A model generated the notes under the pieces. It was not told where the DNA came from, did no database searches, and saw only the letters and a program-made list of their open reading frames with translations. Positions 55,279-64,000 of a stretch of 64,000 nt of DNA are shown piece by piece (the stretch's first letter is position 1; each line of letters starts with the position of its first letter). Source of the DNA: Octopus vulgaris (taxonomy: Eukaryota); contig OX597815.1 in the NCBI GenBank assembly GCA_951406725.2, forward strand, positions 114,576,001-114,640,000, written 5' to 3'. The position numbers and the translations under genes are program-made.

Positions 55279-56476
55279 TTATTTATTTATTTATATATGT
55301 ATGTATATGCATTTGTTTTGCAAGTTTCCTAATGTGAAACCGTGTGTTGAAATAGATATTGCTATATTTCGGGATGGCCTCTTTTTTTTCTTTTTTGTCA
55401 TTTTCTGACAATGGACTAAGTGGAGCTGGAGCATGCACGAAGACGGAAAGTATCACTTAAAAGGTCACAGTTGTGTGACGGAAGATTTCCGGACAATGGG
55501 CATGAGTTAGAATAATAACAGTAATAAATGAGTGAAGAACGAATATGTAGTGCGTGTGTGTATTTGTCAAAAAAACAAATGACCATCCCAGAATATAACA
55601 ATGTATATATATATATATATATATACATACATACATATAATGCTATTCTTCCCACTTATAGAATTTAATATTTCGTACATGTGTATTGCTATATGGCTCC
55701 AGACCTGTTAATTTCAAATTAATTTAAGTTTAATTTTACTATGCATATATAGATATTGTTGTAGCATGGTTAGAAATAAATGCAAATACAAGATATAGGT
55801 CAGAATATGAATGCGCTAAGAAGTTGGCCAATGGATGTGTGTGTATAGGTTTTGTATTGTGTGTGTGTGTGTGTGTGTTTGTATGTGTGTGTATGTGTGT
55901 GTGTGCTTGTGTGTGTAAATATACGCACACAGTCCTACGATGGCTTAGCTGGCCGAAATTTCGAAGTCACTCTCAATGATATTCTACTTTAAGAACAATA
56001 AATTTGTATTCAACAAAAGTATAGAACATAAAAACAAACATTAATGTGTGTGTCTGTGTGTGTGTGTATGTATGCATGTATAAGTTTGTGTATATGTTTC
56101 TTTAAGATTTAAGTCTTTTCTTGGTGCATTGTAGCTGGTCACTAACAATGTGACAAGGCTCTTTTGTTTTAAGTCAAGACAACTCTTGGGGTTGACGTTT
56201 ATCTGAATTGATTGATGTGTGCTATTATGGATGTGTGTATTGTGCATATATGTGAGCAAACGAATTAAAACTTCACCGTGTAGTGGGTGTGCATATCACG
56301 TTAGCACACAAGTGTGCGTTCGTAAGTCTTCTATGTGTATATGTGATAGGGTTCATGTGTTCACCCAATGACTTAGTTTGAGAATCCTTGAATTGTTTTA
56401 CAAACTTTCACTGGACCTCTTATCGATTATATTCGGAGAATGCGAATCAGTCTGTACTGCTTTTTTTTTAAGAACC

Positions 56477-56737
56477 TGTAGTATGAACGGTGAAAAGAGT
56501 ACAACAGAAAAAGGAAGAATGGAATGTAATTGGGTCTTACCTCGTCGGAGATGAACTTGGATCGCTTTTAGCCAACTCGCTCGTCTGGTCCCTTCGTCGT
56601 GTCTGCCTGAACTGCTCAATGCCGCACGTGCGTTCTGCCTGTCACTTCCGCTTCCTCCGGCGCATGCGCCCTGCAAGCCCTGCAAGCCCCACTTCCGCTC
56701 TCCCCCATCCGTCACACTCCTTCACCGTCACACCACA
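56477..56737 (-). repeat. 3' LTR
   Basis: Copy of the 5' LTR, preceded on minus by purine tract aggggggcg. Confidence 0.97.
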
Positions 56738-56773
56738 CGCCCCCCTGATCTATAGATCACTGAACCGGCTTCC

Positions 56774-59687
56774 TCACTCGCTCCCGCACCTGAAACTGGT
56801 TTCATAATCGGCCAACCAGGGAGGAGGGTGCCGCTCCCTTTGTGGTCGCAGTGCAACCCTAGGACTTGTTCCTGGTGTGTTGCTGCCGACCTCGTCATCC
56901 TGTCTGTTGTTTTCGTCTTGCCCGCTGCTGCTTGTCCCATCCTCTGGGGCATGGACAATCCTCCGTATGTCCAAAACGTGGCGTGGCATACCATCGACCG
57001 AGATGTTATTCTTTGAATTTACGGAGGTTATTGTCCCCTTTCCCCATTGCGATGTACACCGTGCGTTTGGGGGTTTTACCCAGACTTCCTCCCCGACCTG
57101 CACGAAGGCGTGCTCTTCCTCTGCCCCGGGTCGCATTGATGTAGTACACGGATGCCTCCACTCGTACCTGAATATTGCCCTGTGTGGCACCGACTCCTCA
57201 GCCTGTCCTGATCTGGGCGACATATTGTACCAAAACACGGCATCGACTGGTGAAATGTGACCCCTCTCTGCCATGGCCTTGATGGTACGATGATGCCTTT
57301 CCACCACCCCGTTTCCACTTGGCCGGTATGCCGCCCTGAAGAAGCGGTTGACCTTCCACTCATCAAGCATTTCTCTCAGCACATCTGAGCGAAATGCAGT
57401 GCCGTTGTCCAGAAGCAGTTCATCCACGGGGCCTCGTTCCAGGAATATCTCATTCAACACTTTCACAATTTCTTCTGCGGTTCCCGACTTCATCTCCCTC
57501 CATATGGCGAACCGCCCCGGTCCGCAGTCAACCATTGAGAGGTATGTCCCCTGCCGGTAGTGTGTTATGTCCACCGCCAGTCGTCTCCAGTCCTGGTCCA
57601 CTGGAATACTTCCCGCTTCATGCACGACCGGAGCAGGGTCGATGGACTGGCACCTGTCACAACTGCTAACCACTCTCTGCACGTTCTGTCTTGTTACGTC
57701 GGAGTCAACTTTTCTAGCTAGGAACAATGTCCTGTCCACACCCATGTGATGCATGGTGTGCAGTCTCCGTAACTCCGAGTCGCTCAGACGGCATACTGCA
57801 GCTACAGCCTGCTTCGCATCCTCTAGCACCTGCAACCAGGCTCGCTTTACCCTGGTCGGGACGTCTGCCCTGTTCTTCTCGGAAGGCACAAAGATCACGC
57901 TCAGCTTCAGATTGAACTCAGTGGTTAGTTCACGCAGTATTCCTAATCGACGCTTTACCAGCATCTCTGCAGCCCCTTTGGTCCGCACCCTCCGCTCATC
58001 GGTGATGACTGCTGTCGCCCAACCAAGTACAGTGGCCGAATCAGTCCTGATTTCTATGGTGTGCAACCCCCACTTCAAGGCTAGGTTCACCCCCTTCAGC
58101 ACGGCATCCAACTCCGCCACATTGATATGATTGCAGTCATCCATCTTCCTGAGCCAGGCTGCATCTTCCACCGTGACACCTCCCACTTCCAAGACAACCC
58201 CTATTGCGATGCTACTGGCGTCACACCATACGATCCCGCTCTTTGATTTGGGAACATACCAGCTGCCCCTCACTGGGTCCTCTGCTCCTACTCTGACCAA
58301 GACTTCCTGCATCATGTCGATCGTCCTCTCCCCCACCTTATCATTCCACTTCACTCCTTCGGCTAGTCTCTTGATGAAGCTACATGCTGTCCGGAACCAG
58401 CCTGCAATCGGGTAGTGTCCCACCAGCTTCCCACACACAGAGAACAGTTCCCGTCTACTCATGCTGGCACCCAGTTCAGGGACCTCATTCCCTCGCCGGA
58501 ACACCAAGGCGCCGGCCTTGTCTCTCCATAGCTTGAGGCCCAGTGCAGCACCTCCTCCATAGCCTCTGGCGGCTTGGCGATCAGTCCAAAACTCTTCAGG
58601 TGGCCTATGACCTCCGTTGCTGGTATCACGGTTTCATCCACCAGAATGTCGTCGATGTATGAATTGGTGGCCCTTTTTACTCTGTCCACCTTCCCCAGGA
58701 TGGCCTTGAAAATTGTTGCCATAATCTTCGGCGCTGAATTCAGCCCGAATCCCAACCTGGTCAGACAGTACGTCCGGTCCCTATACCTGACGAGCTGGTA
58801 CTTCCATAATTTCTCGGCCACATGCACCTGTAGGTATGCCGACTTCAAATCGACAATCGTGGAGGGCCCCCGTCGTCTGCCTCCACTCTCGCAAGGTGTC
58901 TCCGCAGACATCCGTGGCCTCGCTGCCTGTATGACACGACACGTGGTCATTCAGCTCTCGGAAGTCAAGCACTGGCCTGACCTTATGCTTTGTGGGCTGT
59001 ATCACCGCCATCAGTGGCACGACTCCGCTCTCTTCTTTTTCCCAAGGGATCAGTATGCCCTCCTTAATCCACCGCTCCACCTCCCCCTCGAACTCACTTC
59101 TGGCATCTCCTTTTAGAGTATGCTGATAGCAGCCCACTTTATTCTTTAACATCGAGGGCTCTCCCTTCCAGTGCCACTCCAATGTCCACCTCTTGCCAGC
59201 AAAGACAGCCCGAAAATCCTGGTCTTCAATGGTGTGCGCCGCATCCTTTTCCTCACGGTTGTCGTCGGTGCGCGGTCTCGCCCTACACGGTTTCCCCGCT
59301 AACCCAAACGTTACGCCAGCCTCGTTGACGGTGACACCTCCCAAGCGGTGATCGCATCCATCCCCATCATCACATCAATCTCGTCCACCAAGTGACCAAC
59401 CACAATTGCTCGCAACGTCAGCTGTAGTCCCTGCACCACAATCTGCGCATCCGTAACCCCTTCGCAGTGAACTTCTCTTCCGTCAACTGCCCTAACACTG
59501 CTTCCTCCACTCCACGTCTCTGTCACACTTCTGTGGTCATCAGGGTCGTTGTACAGCCCGTGTCCACCAGGGCTCGCGACATCTTCCCCTTCACCAGAAT
59601 GTCGACCACAGGTAGCGATGATAAACGCGCCGCTACTAATCCAAAGGGACAACTACCGGCGCAGTAGTCTCCCGCGGTCCGTTTCCC
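56774..59687 (-). CDS. pol: Pol polyprotein (protease, RT, RNase H, integrase), split by ~4 small indels
   Basis: ALVDTGC (PR); RPVLDFRELN, DLKSAYLQ, LGFGLNSAP, YIDD (RT); CDAS, HINVAEL, TDS, NRAD (RH); H..H..C..C, AVD, DNGTAF, NGVVER (IN). Confidence 0.9.
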
Positions 59688-60391
59688 CGCAGACACTCGC
59701 TGGCTACATGCCCTGGCTCTCGACACCGGTAGCAAATCACCTCAGGCTTGGGCGACGCGCAGTCACGGACCATGTGTGGACCTTGGCACCGGAAACACTG
59801 TCCTTTGAACGGTCGCACGCGTTCTTTCCTCAGCCCCTCTCCGCTGCTCCTAGCTGGGCCACTTTTCGACGTTACAGTCGCTGCTACCGACGTCAACCTG
59901 CTGCACGAAACCAGTACACGTGCCCGCGATATGATATCGGCCATCGGCATCGAACGCACGTTCGGGAGCTTCTGTAGCTCGACCGACATGATGTCGGGAA
60001 AGCCGGTCACGAACGCTAACCTAACCGTCCGTTCTAGCGACTTTCCCTCATAACCCGCCAATTTAGCCAATCTTCTAAGCTCATTGGCGAACACGTCCAC
60101 CTGTTGCCCAGTCAATCTCATTCTACCCAGCCGAGCGTACGCCTCAAACATTCCTTCCGCAAAGGCCTCCATAAGTCGGATTTCCACTTTATCTGCGCTG
60201 AGTTGGTCCGTCTCCTCCATCTCTAAATATAACGCCAACGCCGGGCCATCCAAATACAACGGCATGAAACTTGCTAGGTCAGCTATACCGTGGAGCTTCG
60301 CCACCAACTTCACTCTCTTCAACCAAGCGACCACATCAGTGTCGCCGCAAAACGGTGTTATAGGCTCGCGTGAAACCAGAGCACTCTGCAT
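59636..60391 (-). CDS. gag: Gag (251 aa) with two zinc knuckles
   Basis: Intact ATG-stop ORF; CFRCQGPHMVRDC and CYRCREPGHVASEC. Confidence 0.92.
   Translation of the reverse strand: MQSALVSREPITPFCGDTDVVAWLKRVKLVAKLHGIADLASFMPLYLDGPALALYLEMEETDQLSADKVEIRLMEAFAEGMFEAYARLGRMRLTGQQVDVFANELRRLAKLAGYEGKSLERTVRLAFVTGFPDIMSVELQKLPNVRSMPMADIISRARVLVSCSRLTSVAATVTSKSGPARSSGEGLRKERVRPFKGQCFRCQGPHMVRDCASPKPEVICYRCREPGHVASECLRGNGPRETTAPVVVPLD
59646..59687 (-). promoter_or_regulatory. -1 programmed ribosomal frameshift signal
   Basis: In-frame slippery heptamer G GGA AAC, 7-nt spacer, stem-loop gggagactact-gcgcc-ggtagttgtccc; the -1 frame leads into the protease. Confidence 0.8.
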
Positions 60392-60451
60392 AATTTTCTA
60401 TTTTTATTTTTATGAAACCGAGTGATTATTTGCCGGTCCCAGTGATTATTT

Positions 60452-60463
60452 GCCGAAATAGCT
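60452..60463 (-). promoter_or_regulatory. Putative non-canonical primer-binding site (antisense to tRNA-Phe nt 1-12)
   Basis: AGCTATTTCGGC immediately follows the 5' LTR; its complement GCCGAAATAGCT is the 5' end of metazoan tRNA-Phe(GAA); no TGG-type PBS adjacent to the LTR. Confidence 0.7.
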
Positions 60464-60724
60464 TGTAGTATGAACGGTGAAAAGAGTACAACAGAAAAAG
60501 GAAGAATGGAATGTAATTGGGTCTTACCTCGTCGGAGATGAACTTGGATCGCTTTTAGCCAACTCGCTCGTCTGGTCCCTTCGTCGTGTCTGCCTGAACT
60601 GCTCAATGCCGCACGTGCGTTCTGCCTGTCACTTCCGCTTCCTCCGGCGCATGCGCCCTGCAAGCCCTGCAAGCCCCACTTCCGCTCTCCCCCATCCGTC
60701 ACACTCCTTCACCGTCACACCACA
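60464..60724 (-). repeat. 5' LTR
   Basis: tgtggtgtgacgg...catactaca; no difference from 56477-56737 seen by eye. Confidence 0.97.
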
Positions 60725-63138
60725 GAACCCTACAGGTTTTTATGCAGACCTGTTGTCACATAGCTAAATGCACCCATAGTAATAGGTACAAAAATGTTGT
60801 GTTCAGTGATCCGCGGAGCGAAAGCGGCCTGAGATGGAGACATCTGAACCAGATATCGCGAAGTTGTACAGTGAAATTGGTCGGCTTAATGACTAGTTTG
60901 AGGTATAAGGCATCGCAAAGGAAGCATTTTGAGGTAATAGATGTGCAGTGGAGGTGCACGTGTGGAAATGTAGAAAATGCAATGGTTGGGTTCAGTGAGG
61001 GAGTAGATGTGTTTTAGGAACGAATAAGTGAGCAAACGGGAGCAGGAACAAAGGAAGGATTCGAGAAAGGTGGGATGGGAGAGGAAGAGAGAGAGCTGGG
61101 GACCAATATGTCACAAATTACGGGCACGCTTCAATGAGAGGGGTGGTGGATAGGGAAGACAAGCAAGGTCTGAGTGGAGACTGTCGACTTGGCGGGTTCG
61201 GATGAGAGAAGCTCGGACTGGGATTAGAGTGTATCCCGTCAAAGGAAGAAACAAACCATGTATCGTGTTTGGGTCTCAAAGTGGTGATTGTGGTTATGCA
61301 GACAACGGAAACGGAGAAATTGGAAGTAAGAGATGGCTTGTTTGGTGTAGGAGAAGGAAAAATCAATATAAGAGTGGATGTTGGTGAGTTCATAAGAAGG
61401 CAATAGAGAGTGTGGCAAATGTGCTTGATAGAAAGTCTAATGGGGGTTTCCGAGATAACAGAGGGAAGAGTAAAGACAGTAAACAAATGAAATGAAAATG
61501 TTCGTTTGTTCGCGGGAGGAGGGCGTGACGCCGATATATAGCGACTATATTGTAGCGAGTCAGAAAAGCTATTTTTGTTATCGCGTTGTAGCACAGTTGT
61601 GCTATGGCAACTCTATCCAATCAGGGCTGGGCGCGTATTAATACCAAAAGCAGTTCTCTGCCCAAGAAGAGTTAAGCAGGTGTTTTAACCAGATAGCTAA
61701 AAAAAAACAGCAGTCCAGCAACATCGGTTGTCAAGTATGGGAACAGCCCTTTGTTTTTCACACCAACTTCGCGCCACTAGCTTTGAATTATATCAGCCCT
61801 CAATTCTGGCCACATCATGAACAGCCTATTTCATTTATGCCTACATCGCTCTGCGAAATTCTGAATGAAATCAGCCCACTACACTTGGCCATATAATCAG
61901 CAGTATATTTTCGTTAACGCTATCTCCGTTTCTGTTACCTTACAACAACTTCCAACTGAATCCCTTTTTCAAACGTAAATTATAAAGCTTTTTCTGACTC
62001 ATGCACATACACCGGTTACGCTCATATTACTTGTCAGCTTTCGTTATCCATAAAATATGTGTGTCCTTTATACAAATCGATAAACCGACCCAATATGCCC
62101 ATAAGTTATGGTCATATCCATTCAAAATCGCTAAAGCATAGAAATTTGTACGCGGTGTGTGCGTACAGCTAGATACGCCAATAGACTGCCAGCCGTTTTT
62201 TAATTGGACGGAGATAATTTTACCCTTGACAGTTGAATACGCGTGCGCATTTGCAGACAGTCCTTAATCCAATGCAGTCGTCCTCCTCCGAAACAAACCC
62301 ACCATGCACATCTCCACAGACATGTCATTTAGAATCCCTAGGATGGGTTAGTGATAGATCGGGATTAGAAGCTGTCTATTAGAGGCTCCCGAGACCCCTT
62401 CCGTAAGGTTAGTCTAGGTTTTAGTTGAAGGCTTAGTAGTGTTCTGAACCCAACCTCCTCCGTTTCAGTGGATCGGGAGCCCAATTAGCCTTCCGGCGAA
62501 AAGGCATACCTATTATATATACCTTAGTTAACCTTGATGTCTTACGTGCTTCTATGCGTCATGAACTTATGACTATTGACCTTACTGCGTTACTTGCTTC
62601 AATGCGTCACACTCATAAAATCACTTTGAATGCTGTTTTTCGTGCTCTGCCTTTTCGCCGGAATCAGCACTTTTCTTCCCACCATTGCTATTCACTCATA
62701 GGACGAGGGGATTAGGTGAGAGGGGTTGGTGTCAAAAGGGCTGGCATGTGCAACTTGATCACCTCTGCCAGTCAAACTCCCAACCCATGCGCTCCCGTCG
62801 CGACACTGATTGCGCAGAACTGGGTTGGGTGTGAAACTCAACAAACAAGATTTATGTGTATTTTCAAAATCATGCTATTTTGCGGCCAAATTCGAGTTTT
62901 TCGCTTTCTTCTGCTTCTTTTTTTGTCTGACTAATGGCATGTACACAGTCCCGCTAATTTTCCATGATTATGCCGTTCCAGGTGTGAAAACCGAAGTCCA
63001 ATGAATATTAATTACTCTCATAAAAAGCTCCAACTAGCTCATAAACAACAAAACTGGCCCGGGTTGAAATGCGATAGGAAACTTAGCTCTTGATTTAGTG
63101 AGAAATTTTTACTGCGACCCGGCAACGAGCAACAAGCA

Positions 63139-63178
63139 ACTAGCACTAAACCCGGCAACGCCGGGTCATAGTGCTAGT
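63139..63178. mobile_element. Helitron-like 3' terminus (hairpin + CTAG|T)
   Basis: cccggc-aac-gccggg hairpin 8 nt before CTAG followed by T; present symmetrically on both strands. Confidence 0.6.
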
Positions 63179-63628
63179 ATGTGTGTGTGTGTGTGTATGT
63201 ATAAACCTCTGTAAATCTATACGTTTAAAGAGAAAGATAATCAACATCTTACAATTGCATTAGTTTTAATATTTACCATAATTTTTTACGTAATCTCGGA
63301 CAAATTACGTAACAAATTATGGTGAATATTAAAACAAGTGTAATTGAAAGATGTTCTCTCTCTTTCACTTTTCTTTCTGTTATAGATTTGCCGTTTCGTC
63401 GAGAGTTATGTTTATTTGAGAAACTTATTATTAGAAAAGCTGCAGTATTTAATATGAACATCTTAATATTGTCAGCAACAGGTCAGAGAGTTCCCATGCT
63501 ACAGTTCAAGTATTTAGGATATTAAGTAAACATTCTCTGCTTTATAAATAAGACAAAATATACGTCCTGTTGATTCAACAAAGTTTATTATGTAATAAGG
63601 GGCAAAAATTTTCGTTATATTTGCTTAG

Positions 63629-63677
<49 letters not shown>

Positions 63678-64000
63678 GTCTAGTGTCCTTCACCGATTTT
63701 GACATGTTGACTCAAGAAACACACAATTTGACCGCGCCCTAGTTTGTTTAAATATGCATTTGTGGGATCTGAAATCTGTGAGGATATTATTATCACATTT
63801 TTTTTTTTTTGTACTTAAAAAGAAAAGGCACAGATTTAGTCTGTTGAAAACATGAGTGCATGATAGTTTTCTCCAGGCAGAACTTTACAGTTACACACAT
63901 CTCCGAACCCGAATATGTATGTAATATTGATGCATGATTAAAAATTATCCACGGCTAATTCTGTGATTTCACCGTAAATTCTGATATACAAACGAAACAT

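Larger units (their letters stand above)
56477..60724 (-). mobile_element. Full-length Gypsy/Ty3-type LTR retrotransposon (4248 bp)
   Basis: Two 261-bp TG...CA LTRs, 5-bp TSD GAACC (56472-56476 / 60725-60729), PPT, gag-PR-RT-RH-IN order. Confidence 0.97.

Noticed and set aside
56398-56807. ORFs duplicated at 56.4-56.8 kb and 60.4-60.8 kb
   Set aside because: Chance frames across the two LTRs.

Overview
Eukaryotic, AT-rich, repeat-saturated genomic DNA. The SINE families and microsatellite load resemble an octopus/cephalopod genome; this is inferred from recall, not from a database hit. No host protein-coding exon is recognisable, and almost all ORF-track entries are translations of microsatellites or SINEs. 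Recognisable content: (1) a complete, very young 4.25-kb Gypsy/Ty3-type LTR retrotransposon (56477-60724, minus; apparently identical 261-bp LTRs, GAACC TSD, gag-pro-RT-RNase H-IN, -1 frameshift signal). Its primer-binding site is complementary to the first 12 nt of tRNA-Phe rather than to a tRNA 3'-CCA end, which is the most unusual signal in the window. (2) A TSD-flanked ORF1-only (HAL1-like) retroposon. (3) A 5'-truncated Penelope-like element (RT + GIY-YIG), other Penelope debris and minimal hammerhead ribozyme motifs. (4) Mariner, hAT, RTE, CR1 and RLE-type LINE relics and a Helitron-like terminus. (5) At least three tRNA-type SINE families, one forming ordered nested arrays. (6) A fold-back inverted duplication and many simple repeats.
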